Of a stretch of 64,000 nucleotides of DNA, positions 13,104 to 25,895 are shown piece after piece (positions within the stretch are counted from its first letter, which is position 1; every line of letters starts with the position of its first letter). The DNA comes from Callorhinchus milii (taxonomy: Eukaryota). The position numbers and the translations under genes were made by a program. The notes under the pieces are model-generated. The model did not search any database, had not been told where the DNA came from, and saw only the letters and a list, made by a program, of their open reading frames with translations. The DNA lies in the NCBI RefSeq assembly GCF_018977255.1, contig NW_024704743.1:35962001-36026000 (forward strand). The letters run 5' to 3'.

Positions 13104-13164
13104 CATCCATGATGTGATAAGGCACAATATCAAATGCAGGAATTATTATTATTATTATATAGAG

Positions 13165-13355
13165 TGATACAGAGTAAGAGCTTGTTTGAATCCCGATCCA
13201 TGTTGAGTTTGCTGGTCTCAGCTAGTGCCATATGGGGAAGATGAATTCCCAGGATTAGGGAGGAAAAAAACACTAGGATTCCTGCTCTAATTTCTGTTCA
13301 GCACCCTCTGCTGGTTGTCCATGTGTTTGGTAGCTGGATGTGAAGACATAAGACA
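13165..13355 (+). mobile_element. Ancient SINE-like family, 5' part (continues at 15130-15300)
   Basis: Colinear with copies at 18745-19110 and 51205-51520. Confidence 0.55.
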
Positions 13356-15130
13356 ACAATAACAAAATTACATTTATAGAGTGTTTTTCACGTCGGGAGG
13401 ACATCCCAATGCGCTGGACAGTCAGGGGTCAGGACCCGAGAATGGGGGAGGGGTGGTGTAGCGGGGAGGGAAGGCAGAGAGGTGGGAGGGAGACCAAAGA
13501 CATGAGAAGGGTCTTGAGACCGGCCTTGAAGGAGGCAAGGGAGGAAGCGAGATGAAGGGACTGTGGATGGAGTTCCAGAGCGTGGGGGCAGAGAGGCTGA
13601 AAGCCCGGCCACCGATGGTAGGGTGGATCGGGTGGGAGACGTGGAGCAGGCCAGAGTCTGGTGAACGGAGGGATCGGGCAGGTTGGTAGGGAGTCAGCAG
13701 GTCAGAGAGGTAGGAGGGGGCAAGGCCATGGATGGCCTTGAAAGTGAGGATGAGGATCTTGAATTCGACCCTCTGAGAGATGGGGAGCCATGGAGTTGGG
13801 TGAGGGTGGGAGTGATGGGGTCAAAGAGCCTGGTGCGCGAGAGTACATGAGCTGCAGAATTTTGGATGATCTGCAGCTTGGGAAGGGAAGAGTTGGGAAG
13901 GCCGATGAAGAGGGAATTTCCATAATCAAGCCTTGATGTGACGAATGCTTGGGTGAAGGTTTCGGCAGCCTGAGGGGTGAGGCAATGGCGGAGTCTGACA
14001 ATTCTGTTGCGTGTGTTGCGGAGGTGGTGGTAGGCAGTGCCAATAATGGCGCGGATGTGGGGGAGAAAGAACAATTCAGGGTCAAGCAATACACCCAGGT
14101 TCCTGACTGGTTTAGTGAGGTTGACGGTGACGAGACGGTGCGGGGACTGGAGGAGAAGCCGTTTGCTGCAACGAAATGGAGGTGGTGTGAAAGGTAGGAC
14201 CTGAACCAATCAAGGATAGAACCTTGAAGGTTGAGGTGGGAGGAGAAGCGGTGGAGGAGGATTGAGTGGTCCACAGTATCAAAGGCGGCGGAGAGGTCGA
14301 AGAGGCAGAGGGAGCTCTGGTCACACATGGTCAGGATGTCATTTGTGACCTTGATCAGAGCAGTTTCCGTGTTGTGGGCAGCACAGAAACCCGATTGGAG
14401 GGGGTCATGGAGTGAGAGGAGAGGAAAGAGCGAAGCTGGGAGGCAATGGCTCTCCCAAGGACCTTAGACAGAAAAGGGAGGTGGGAGATGGGCCGGCAGC
14501 TGGATAGCTGTGAGGGGTCAAGGGAAGGTTTCTTCAAGGTGGGGGTGATAGTGGCTGTTTTGAGGGGGGGTAGGAACAGTGCCAGATGACAGGGAGAGGT
14601 TGATGATGTCGGTGAGTAGTGGGGCAAGGAGGTGGAGTTGGGATTAAGGAGAGGGGTGGGGATGGGGTCCAGGGAGCAGGTGGTGGGCTTCATGGAGGAT
14701 ATGGTGGTGATGACAGAGGAGGGGATGACAGGTTCAAAGGTGTGGAAGGAGTAATGGTTGGAGTGTAGGGGAGGGGTAGGGATGGGGTGGAAGTTGGAAG
14801 GACAGGGGCAGCTGAGCGGATTCTCTCGATTTTGGACTCGAGGAAGTCCAGCATTTCCTCGCTGTGGGATTCAGAGAAAAGAATCTGTAAGGCGTGGCGG
14901 GGAGGCCAGAGGAGCCGGTTGGTGGTGGAGAACAGGAACCTTGGTTGCCCTTCATCTCCAGGATTAACCTGGAGTAGAAGGACGATTTGGCTGAGGCGAG
15001 AGCAGAGCGGTAGGTTTTGATGAGGTTCAACCAGATGTGCTGGTGGACTGTTAGGCTGGATTTGAGCCAAGTGCATTCGGCAGCCTGCACCTGGCCCTTG
15101 AGTGAGCGGAGGTGGCTGGTGAACCAGGGT
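13356..15130 (-). mobile_element. L2 LINE, ~1.8 kb 5'-truncated copy (subfamily A)
   Basis: KPTTCSLDPIPT, DLSAAFDTVDHSILL, VRNLGVLLDPEL, FVTSRLDYGNSL motifs across frames; tail at 13356-13415. Confidence 0.95.
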
Positions 15131-15300
15131 GAGACTCAGTTTTGATGTCCTCTACTGTCAATTGGCTGCCAAACACTCACTGCCAAGGCTCACACACGAA
15201 GAATGACCACTTGGTCAGGGAAGCAGAGGACAATCAGCTTCTGTGGAACTGCACTCTATAAAAAGGCTGGAGATCAGGAGTAGAGACATATGCCAATGGG
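15130..15300 (+). mobile_element. Ancient SINE-like family, 3' part
   Basis: gccaaacactcactgccaaggctcacacacgaagaatgaccacttgg motif shared with 19005-19050, 51405-51455 and (reverse) 29685-29730. Confidence 0.6.
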
Positions 15301-16554
15301 GAGAAAAATAGAAACACTGGGCACAACTAAACATACAGTGCATTCAATTAAAGTCACAGCTTAGATTAGACAGCGTGGATGTCAAAGAACCCATGGCAAT
15401 ACTCGACAAGAGAGAGCTCCTCCTGGTTCTCTGGCCAACATTTCCCCAGATAAAATTGATCACTCACTTCATCGCTATGCATGACATTGTTGTGAGCAAA
15501 TTGTCTGCTGCATTTGCCTACAAACAAAATGCTGTGAAGAAGAAGAAAAACAACAACTTGCATTTATACAGCGGCTTTCACGTGGGGTAGCGTCCCGGAG
15601 CGCTTCACATTGGTGAAATCTGACAAGTGTTTTTAAATGTCTTGACTTTGTGGTAAGACGTTATATCAAATACCAGGATTATTATTATATATACGTGCAT
15701 GGGGAACAGAAAGGAGAGACTGAATATTGAAAGGAAATGATTGTATCTACTCAATTCAACTCTAGCCAAACTTTGTAATACAGTTATAACTTTTGGACTT
15801 TAAAAGATAACCAATTCTAAAAATATACACATTATTTCCTCATCTTTTGTTCTGACAAAGTTGCATATTGATGATTATTTGAAGTAGGATTGAATTAAAC
15901 AATCAAACATGATGAATTTTTATCTCATAAGTTTGTAACCCGCTCTGGAGTACAGAGGTTCTTTTGCAATAAAGTAGAAACTAATGCAGATGCTCCTAAA
16001 TAATTTGCTTCGTCTCAAGCTTACATTAAAATCTGCCTATTTACAAATATAAAACACATTGAGATGGTGAACACAAGAACACTGAGACCTCCAAATTAGT
16101 TATTCACTTCAAAAAGTTTGAGATCTGCCACACGTAAATAAAGCCTATTGTATGATTGTCATGAGGCTTTCTTGTCTCAGTGACCACACAAACAATAACT
16201 CGTATTTATATAGTACCCTTCACGTTTTGGAGTAATTCAAATGATAGGGTCGGGTGGTGAGCAGAGGAGTGGGGTAGAAGATCGGGGAGATAGGCATGTG
16301 TGAAGAGATTTATATGTGATGGTCTCTCACACACACATACACAGTTTCCAGCCCGCAATCACCTTCCTTAGATACACAGAGCACTGGTTAGCCCTTTCAC
16401 ATGCACCTCTGGTTGCTATATACAGTAAAGGCATCTTAACATTGGAGAGAGAATTTCAAAGGACAACCAAATCATTAGCTAGAATCAGACACTGAAGAGA
16501 AGAAGCTACGGAAGCCGGGAATGCTCACAAAGGAGAAGAGAGTTTTTGCTGAGC

Positions 16555-16808
16555 TATCGGTGGTCGGGCCTACAGCCTCTCTGCCCCCACCCTCTGGAAC
16601 TCCATCCCACATTCCCTTTGCCTTGCTCCGTCCCTTGCTCCTTCAAGGCACGCCTCAAGAGCCTCTTCTTCGACTGTGTCTTCGGCCACCCTCCTACCCT
16701 CCACCCTCCCTGATCCCAAACCCCTCCCCCCCACTGCCCCCGCTTGGGTCCTAATCCCTGAATGTTCTCCCGATGTGAAAGGCGCTTTACAAACGTAATT
16801 TTGTATTG
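16555..16808 (+). mobile_element. L2 3' end
   Basis: ctctggaactccatccc..cctcaagagcctcttcttcgac..gtgaaaggcgct. Confidence 0.85.
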
Positions 16809-17839
16809 TAGACTAACTGAAGCCTAAAAATCATGTTTGGTATCGTCAAAAAAACTAGAGCAAAGAGATAATCTTGGAAAAGGGAAAGTGAACAGACAGT
16901 TCATATTTAATTCACCGAATATGTGGAATAGAGTATCCAGCAAGCTATAAAGCTTCTGAAAACCTCAGTAAGATGCAGGGAAGCTGACCAATTGGAATTT
17001 AGAGCCTGGAACATTTCACATGCAGTTGTAACTGAGCAATGCAGAAAGAGTGAAATCGTGATTTTGCGTCAAGTATTCCCAGTGAATAAACGTATTAAAC
17101 AAATCTCTGACACGATTTCTGTTGATAATATGGGTTAGAAGCATAATATAATGAATATAAATGACAATCTTTTCAGATGAGAATCGGAATAAGATGATAC
17201 AGCGATGTCAAGATAACTTGCAAAGCATGCATCCTCTCAAACGGTGACAAATCATCTGTTCTGTCATTGTCATTATTTGTTGTGTGTGCAGTGGCTGCTT
17301 TATTTGGTTAGGTTTAGCCTTTTGTTCACTGACGGCAGTCTGGTTGCTAGGGACCATTTGCGCAGTACATCATTCTGTTAATGTGTGAGAGGAGGTAGCT
17401 ATTAAAGTGAGCAAATTCTGTCAGGTCTAGAAAAGGAACAAAACAATTTCTAATAAACTCACACTAAGAATATTATCTCACGACCTGACCACTGCAGACC
17501 ATGTTACAAATAGCTCTGGCACACTGAATAAAAACACTTCTTTGCTTGTGCAGAGAATTTAGTTTACTTTTTGGAATTTTAATTCAGTTTCCAAGGTCCC
17601 CAAATTCGGGCATTTCTGAAGCTTTGTGCCTGTCTTCCTTCAGATGAAATGTTAAACTGAGGCCCTGTCTGCCAGTTCAGGTGGATGTTAAAAATTGAGC
17701 GGCACTGTTCAATAAAAATAGTGAGATTCTCCCACTGTCCTAGTCAACAATCCCTCAGGTAAAACTGATCATTCGCTTCATGGCTGCTCGTGGAACATTG
17801 CTGTGCACAAATTGGCTGTTTACATGGATTAATCCTGAA

Positions 17840-18442
17840 AACAACAAAAACAACAAGATTCCATTTATAGAGCGCCTTTCACGTCGGGAGGACGTCCCAA
17901 GGCACTGTACAGTTGAGTCAGGACCCGAGCAGAGGGGAAATGGTCAGGGTGAGGGGAGGGAAGGGAGGGAGCGAGGAGGGGGTAGAGAGTCGAGAGGAGA
18001 GCTGAAGGCACGGTCAAAATGAAAGGTCTTGAGACCGGCCTTGAAGGAGGAAAGGGAGGAAGCGGCGAAGGCACTGGGGGATGGAGTTCCAGAGCCCAGG
18101 GGCTGAGAGGCTGAAGGCCCGGCCACCGATGGTAGGGCGGTTGGGGCGGGGGATGTGGAGCAGACCGAAGCCAGAGGAACGGAGGGAACGGACAGTTACG
18201 TAGGGGTTAGTAGGTCGGAGAAGTAGGAAGGAGCAAGGCCGTGAATGGCCTTGTAGGTGAGGATGAGGATCTTGAATTCGATCCTCTGGGGGATAGGGAG
18301 CCAGTGGAGGCAAGCGAGGGTGGGAGTGATGTGGTCCCGAAGCCTGGTGCGGGACAGTACACGAGCTGCAGAGTTCTGAATGACCTGCAGCTTGTGGAGG
18401 GAGGTGGCGGGAAGGCCGGCGAGGAGAGAATTCCCATAGTCA
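17840..18442 (-). mobile_element. L2 3' fragment (subfamily A)
   Basis: DYGNSLLAGLP..LQVIQNSAARVLSRTRLRDHITPTLACLHWLPIPQRIEFKILILTYKA. Confidence 0.95.
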
Positions 18443-18744
18443 AAGAACATAGAAAAGAACAAACACATTGATTCAGCAAGTCTCCAGGGAGTAAGTAAGC
18501 ACAATTGTAAGATAATAATAGTTTCAAGCCAAAGTTCCACCTGACCATTTAGTAGATCATTCAGCTTACATAACTTCCATTAAAATTCTTTCGACGCATC
18601 TGTCTCATCGTCAAATGACCTAGTATCTTTTCAATTACAAGAAACTTGTCTGATCCCTTTTTGAAACCCTGTGTAGTTCCTTGTTCCACCACCTGCTAAA
18701 AAACATGGTAACAGCTTCAGGCAAAATTAAGTCATTGACCATAT

Positions 18745-19110
18745 GAACCAAAAAGATTGTGACTTTCATCCGGGTATATGTTGATCTTAGCTAAGTGAAT
18801 CTGGGAGTAAGGGGGAGGAGGGGGATTTGGAGTGCTCTATTATATCTTGCATCAGTATCCCAGCAAAGGGTGGGTGGTGAAGAGAAGAAAATAGTCAGTT
18901 AATGTTCCTGTTTCTGACCAGTGCCCAGCTGGAGATCGCATGTGTGCATGTATCAGTTGAGGACAGAATAATACTGCCTGTGACGTTGCCCATAGTTGGC
19001 ATGCGGACACTTACTGTTAGGCTGACACATTAAGAATACCCACTTTGACAAGGCACCAGAGAGCTGCATGAATCACCTCCTTCAGAAGAGAGGAGAAAGT
19101 TGGAGAAACA
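18745..19110 (+). mobile_element. Ancient SINE-like family copy
   Basis: Colinear with 13165-13355/15130-15300 and 51205-51520. Confidence 0.55.
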
Positions 19111-20244
19111 AACAAATAAAAAATGTATTAACCACATTTACAATGTGTACATGGGCAACCGGCAGATAAGGCTCCAGTTAATATCTTACACGCTTGACAC
19201 GTGGAATGCCTGTCAGGTAAATGAGTTAACAACCAGACCAGAACTATTTTGCTGCAGGTTTGCCGGCATTGGTTTAAACATAAAATAAAGCATCTGTGTG
19301 CTTGTTTGTACTATCACTGAGTACCTCCAGCAACCATGGCAACTTGTGACTGTAGCTATGAATTATGGAGCATTGGCAATACAAGGAATAGCTCAGCAGT
19401 CCTACAAGGCTGTCCTTACACACGAAATATGACAATTCCAAAACAGAATGATACCAATACCAACTAAATAAATAAACACCAAACTCTCTGTCGAGCCCAT
19501 GTTCTCCCCATTAACAGGGATAGTGGACATGGAGTCAGCCGTTCACTGCATCTCTCTCCAGTGTCCACAGAACAATTGGAGCCGTACCCGATATAGTGAT
19601 GACCATTGATCCCCCCATCCCCAGCATTCTGGGACACTGCTACATTCAATCTGAAACCGAACACGGCCCCCACGGCACACAAATGCCACACCTAAACTTA
19701 TATAATAATAACCCTTGCATTTCATCTAGCATCTTACCACATTGCTGAGCTATTTCAGAACTCTTCACAGGCTATATTGTAAAATAAGTGACTCGGAGGA
19801 GGAGTCCTTGGTTTCTTGCATTTATTACTAATTGCCTGCCAGCTTTTGTAGTTTAGTTGTGTTCAGATTTTATTATGCCCATTGCGTAATTTTTATTCAG
19901 GAAGTATAAATTAGGCATAGGGCTGTGAGAAACACTAACAAAATACCTAAGCTTTTTTAATCGTGCTTCTCGAGTCTCTGTATAAATCAGGAGGGAGGGG
20001 AATTTTCAAACCCAGGTTCAGCCTACGTCACAGTTCTTTAGTGTGGCTCTGGCAGAAGCTTCCCTCTGCTATTTATATAAAGCATTAGTAGAACCCGTCG
20101 TCGTGTTGATTCGCATTAGTGAAGTTACACCTTAGTATATGGAACTTGCACTTACAGAGATAAATTGAACACAGAGGCCACCTAGTTCACTACATGGGAG
20201 ACATTTTGCGGTTTACATTAGGGGTAAGAACCGCAGCAACAGGT

Positions 20245-20425
20245 AGACAGGGGGACCTAGGTTTAACACCTCATCCGAAGGATAACACCTCCAACAACAC
20301 AGCAGACTCCCAGCAAACATTTGAGTGTCAGCTTAGACTATTTGGGTTCCATGTCTCTTGTGGAGTTTGAACCCACCATCTTCTGACTCGGGAGTTAAGA
20401 GTGCTACCAACTGAGTCAGGTTGAC
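20245..20425 (-). mobile_element. SacSINE1-like Deu SINE 5' half
   Basis: Reverse of ctcagttggtagcactc...gggttcaaactcc head and cggatgaggtgttaaac core. Confidence 0.7.
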
Positions 20426-20956
20426 AACTTGGAAAAGAAACCTACAACTTTAACCTTATCACACTCTAGTCTTGTATCTACACTGAATAAACAGAAGATG
20501 CTGCTGAATACTGTGTTTATTCCCTGTGTGAAGGTCACATGCACAACTTGTCAGGTTGTATTTGTTGTTTTGTAAATGGTGCAGTTTCCTTCATTACCCT
20601 CAATAAACACAGGATTCAGCACATCATACTTAGTATCCTCTCAAAATGCCTTGCATAGTTGGGTCTAATTTGTAGGTCGGGTTAACCATGTGCAAATGCA
20701 TACAGGTGCTCTTGATTTTGAATTACCAACCAATGTTAAGGATTCCAGAATCACTTAGATAATTGCGATAACATCAGGAAATCTGCATTTCAAAGTGCGT
20801 GAGTCATTGGTTATGTGGAGTATAGCTTTGAAGGGAATTTATCATTATGCACATACAATACAAAATTATGTTTTATATTTGCATGTTATTTGTAGTTCTG
20901 TCGATTTAAACTCAATTGGTTATTTTGGAATAATCATGCACTTGTCTTGTAAATGG

Positions 20957-21276
20957 CACTGGCGGCGTTAGGCATATACAACACATCCAATTGCATGGGG
21001 CCCCGAGGCAGTGAGGGGCCCCTAACATCATTAAACCCATTGAGATTGCCTCCTGCCAACCTAACCTGGGGGTGAGTGGGGTGGGGTGGGGGAATGCTCA
21101 GCGTGATAAGCAGACAATCTGCAGCTACTAAGGGGGATCCTCCAGCCAATAGCCGCGCCACTGTGGGGCGACATCTGCCCATTAAGTTTGGTTGCCCAAG
21201 GACTCGATGGCAACACTGGTAAGGGCCTCGGAATCCATCTTTGCATGGGGTCCCCTTGGGGCAAACCCCACCTCTG
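20957..21276. mobile_element. hAT-type MITE with 8-bp TSD
   Basis: Exact GTAAATGG at 20949-20956 and 21277-21284; degenerate CA...TG termini; subterminal GGGGCCCC-type motifs. Confidence 0.75.
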
Positions 21277-22202
21277 GTAAATGGTGCTTTTCTGCAGAAC
21301 AAGTACTATAAATTTGCTAAATATTGTTTTCAACTGAAAACCTGCTGTCCATCTGTATAGAATAAGTCATAGCCAGCAGTGAGATATATTAAGTGTCTGA
21401 TTATGGCACAGCTTTTGCCTATGTTTGGAAAGAGAGTCTGTGCAATCTTAAAAAAAAGGGCAAGTGTTCTCCAATGATTCAGTTGCTAAAGCTATTATAT
21501 GGACAAAAAATTCAGAGACTATCTGTGAGCTACTGATGTGGCCACAAAAGTAGTTTAAATGGTTTCCTCAAGCACCTCAGGCTTGAAAGTCATCCAGGAT
21601 TACTGCTCTATGGAGTAAAGTTTGCAGAATTCATTAATTTAAAGACGCTTTAATTATCAGGCAATGCAAATTTTATATAGACATGTGTAAGTGCACATAT
21701 AATATACACACGCGCAATGGAGATCAGCCTTAATTGCTGTAATTCACTGTCTAGAAGAACACACATGAAAACAGTGTTATTTGAACCTCTCTTGTGATCT
21801 CTAGCCTGGTTGGCACTTATAAAGCACTGCACATGTTAATACCTTCAGGTGAAGAGAAGATTGGAGAGTGGGTGTGAAATGATGGGAAACTTGAGATGAA
21901 TGCTGCAAGGGTGCAGCTGTAAGAAATCTGCATGAATCATTTATGATTGCTAAAGAGCCAAACGAATACTCTGCATAATCTAGCATTGAGAATATACCAG
22001 TTAAATTAAACTGTTCAAAGGCAATGTGAATAGAATAATATAAATCAAACTATTGGAAATAATCCAGTTGACTTTTTTTTGGCAAATGTAGTTTATCACC
22101 CTCTAGCAGTAAAAATGGAAAGTCACAGTCAAAATCAAAGTTTCATGAAAGCTTTATATGAGGTGGAACTTTATCTGTAAAACAACAACTTGAATGAGGT
22201 GT

Positions 22203-22400
22203 CGGCTTGGCTCAGTTGGTATCACTCTCACCTATGAGTCAGAATGTTGTAGGTTTAAGCCCCATGTTGGGATTTTGAACTCATAGTCTTGGTTGACATT
22301 CCATTCAGTTCTTGGGGCGATACTGTGGAGGTGCCATCCTTTTGATGAGATGTTAAACTGCAGTCTTGTCTGCCTGTGCAGGGGGATGTTAAAGAATCCT
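22203..22400 (+). mobile_element. SacSINE1-like Deu SINE 5' half
   Basis: ggctcagttggtatcactctc..gagtcagaa head; ggaggtgccatccttttgatgagatgttaaac core. Confidence 0.75.
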
Positions 22401-22440
22401 AAAGGTTTATCCCCCTGTCTCACTCATCCACCCCATATTG

Positions 22441-22800
22441 TAACAACAACAGCATTACATTTGTATAGCGCCTTTCATGTCGGGAGGCCGTCCCAAAGCG
22501 CTAGACAAACAGAGTTAAGGACCCGAGCTGGGGGTCTGGGTCGGGGAGGGTGGAGGGCAGTGGGGGAAGCAGGGAGATCGAAAGCACGGTCGAAGAGGAG
22601 GGTCTTGAGATGGGTCTTGAAGGTGACAAGGGAGGCGGCGAGGGGGACGGACTGCGAGATAGAGTTCCAGAGGGTGGGGGCAGAGTGGCAGAAAGCCCAC
22701 CGCTATTAGTGGGGTGAGCGAGGCGGGGTATGTGAAGCAGGCCGGAGCCCGCTGAGCAGAGGGAGTAAGCAGGATGGTAGTGGGTTAGGAGATCACAGAT
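22441..22800 (-). mobile_element. L2 3' end (subfamily A)
   Basis: Reverse tail aacaacaac..tacatttgtatagcgcctttcatgtcgggagg. Confidence 0.9.
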
Positions 22801-24179
22801 CACACAACTTGGTGCAGTCTCCTTAAATAATCCACAGTACAAGATAATCATGCAGTTAGTTTTTAATCTATCAAATCTTATCTTTTCTGTTAGATTATAT
22901 CACTGACAAATCTTTTTCCATTCACTTTGTTCGCTGTTTAATAAAGAAACATTGCTTTGCTGCTTGATAGTCTACTGGAGAGCTTTTCTTTGATATCTCC
23001 GGTCTGTCAACGTTCCAAACACTTTGCTATCTCTACACTGATAAGATAAGGGTTAGGGCTCTTGTTGGTTGAGCTACTTGTTTGGAGTTGACCTGCCAGG
23101 GCATGAGTGCTTCAAATACGAATGTAACATATTCGATGAAGCCAAAAAATGATTATTAGATTGATCGATGCTTGAAGTTTAAAAGTTTAGGCCCATAATT
23201 CAACCTTAAATAGCACACGATTAGCAGAGGATAGATGGATATCTTAATTGAATGCTTGTTCTTACAGGAAAGATCAATGCTCAAGTGATTTTGGGAAAAG
23301 TAAATGTGTTTAACCAATAATGGAGGATAGATGTTAAATGCAGTCTGATATCCATAATAAAATAATAGTTTATTGGGCTCTTTCATTCCTACATGCCTGT
23401 TAGATGGTTTTGAAGTGGACTGCACAGATAAAATGCAAAGGAGTTTGAGACACCACATAACCATTGGATCAATAGCTCAAGCTATAACTGGCTTTATGGA
23501 GGCAGAAGAGGTAAATGAACTGCCATCCTTAAAACAACACCAATACCAATACTACATTAATGACCCATTGATCTAGAGAAATGTTGGCCAGCGCACTTTG
23601 TATTAATGTTCACTTGAAAATTCTTCAATTCAATCTTAATTTGGAAGCTGTTTTTTAGGCTGTTCTTTTTTAAAAAAAAACTCACATTGATGATAGTGTG
23701 TGAAGAACAGGGAGACACTTTCTCTGCTAACCTCAAATTGTGTATTGACAATGGCAAAGAATAATTGGAAGTTGCCACGCAATCCATCAAGTCATCAGAA
23801 ATAATGTGGTGACTCTAGCTTGCGGCTGAGTGTCACCAGCAATTTAGGTTCTCAATCATCCAAGTTCTACTTCTCATGCTGGTCTTCCATTGATAAATTG
23901 ATAGTTAAAACCACTTGAAATATGAAAGTTTTACAGTAATTTATGAAACATACAATACAACATTACATTTGTAAAGCACCTTTCATGTCAGGAGGATTTC
24001 CCAAGGTGCTGAACAGTCAGGAATTAGGACCCAAGCAGGTGAGGGGAGGAGTTGGGATCAGGGAGGGTGGACAGCAGAGAGGTAGGAGGTCCATGGAGGG
24101 CCTTGGTGATGTATTAACATCACTTAGTAGTGCTTTTAATTGGGGTTGACTATGCAGTGATTTCTACAGAGTCCCTTCA

Positions 24180-24575
24180 TAATAATCATAATAATCCTTG
24201 CATTTGATATAGCACATTTCTCATTGGATGTTTCAAAGTGCTTCACGGGATTTACAGCAAAGTGTAGTGATTGAATCCTGTAGGAATGCAGGAGCCAAGT
24301 TGGGTACAGTAATTTCTCACACACAGCCTTGTTGTGAATGACCAATTGTATCCAGGGTATTGTTAGCAAGGACACTGGAAGAAACTCCCTTTTCTTTTGC
24401 GTAGTGTCATTGGATCTTTAACGTCCTTTTGAACTTGTAGCCGGGACCTCGGGTTTATGTCTCATCCAAAGAATGGCATCTCTGACAATACAGCACACCT
24501 CAGGAAAGTTCAGTCATGGGGATTGAACTGACATCCTTCTGGCTCAAAGGAGAGAGTACTATCAACTGACTAGGC
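24180..24575 (-). mobile_element. Deu SINE, near full length
   Basis: tRNA-like head 24515-24575, Deu core, tail 24180-24250. Confidence 0.7.
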
Positions 24576-24595
24576 TGATAGCACTAGGCCCCCAA

Positions 24596-24793
24596 TCACT
24601 CCGCCTCGCCGCCTCCTTCAAGTCCCGCCTCAAAACCCTCCTCTTTAACCATGCCATTGGTCACCCCCCTTACCCTCCCCTCGCTTCTCCCCCCTGACCC
24701 CAGCTCGGGTCTGAAATGCTGTACACTGTCCAGCGCCTTGGGACGTCCTCCCAAGTGAAAGACGCTATACAAATGTAATCTTGTTGTTGTTGT
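24596..24793 (+). mobile_element. L2 3' end (subfamily A)
   Basis: cagcgccttgggacgtcctcccaagtgaaagacgctatacaaatgtaatc(ttg)n. Confidence 0.9.
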
Positions 24794-25504
24794 AGGCTGA
24801 GTCATGCAATGTGAGAGTACGTGCCTCACAGCCATACCCTATATCAAGTTTGAAAGGAGAATTGATTATATTCACATGCATAATTGAATTTTGACTAGTA
24901 TATGAGGTTTGACATTGACTTTTCAAATGAATATAGCATAAAATGGTGCTAGTTAAGTTGCAAGAAGATGAATATGGATTTCTACACCCTAAAGATCCTT
25001 CAACAAGTAAATCCAACCTTCTGAATACTAATGTGTTAAAAATTTAACCTGGCTTTCATTGAGACCAGGAGCTTGTGAATAGTTAATCTAAAGATGATAC
25101 AATAGAGGTTACATTTATACAGTGCCTTTCATGTCGGGAGGAAATCAAAGCAATTCACACTGCTGGTTGGGCACTTGATCTGGGATTGGATGATGAGGTG
25201 AGGAATTGAGGCAAGGAGTTCCAGAGATTCAACGCAGAGGGGACGAGGGATGTACAGCAGACCTGTGCCAGCGGAGTAAAGGAGAAAGGTAGAGTGGGGT
25301 GTGAGCAGATTGGAGAAGTGGGAGGTGCCAGAACATGATGAGATTTAAAAATGAGAGTGAGGATCTTGAAATTGATCTGTTTTGCAACAGGGAGCCAGTG
25401 TAGTCTGGCAAGAACTGGGGTGATGGGGATTTGGAGCCTGCTACATGTGAGGACACGGGCGGCAGAGTTGTGAATCCTTTGGACCTTATTAATAATAATA
25501 ATAC

Positions 25505-25710
25505 TAATCCCTCCAAAACCAAAAACAATAATAAATTGGTCATTTTCAATCTACGACTGTTTGTGGGACATTGCTGTGCGCAATTGGCTGCCGCGTTCGC
25601 CCACAAATATACAGTCAATTCACTTTACAGTGTGTTCTGTGAAGCGCTTTGGGACGTCCTCCCGACGTGAAAAGCGCTATATCAAATCCAAGGATTATTA
25701 TTATTATAAT
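25505..25710 (+). mobile_element. Young SINE 3' half carrying an L2-A-type hairpin loop
   Basis: SINE body and (TTA)n tail, but the hairpin reads gggacgtcctcccgacgtg. Confidence 0.85.
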
Positions 25711-25895
25711 AGTGAAGCTCGGGATACCGGCGAGGAATGCATTGGAAAAATTGAGAGGCAAGGTGACGAAAGCATGAATGAGAATTTCATTTGCTTCCGA
25801 AACACATCAAGGTTTATTCCACACCATCCAACAAAGGGGACAAAGTTGTGCATGTTCTGGAAGGGAAACACAAATATATTGCTTATTTGGCCCGC

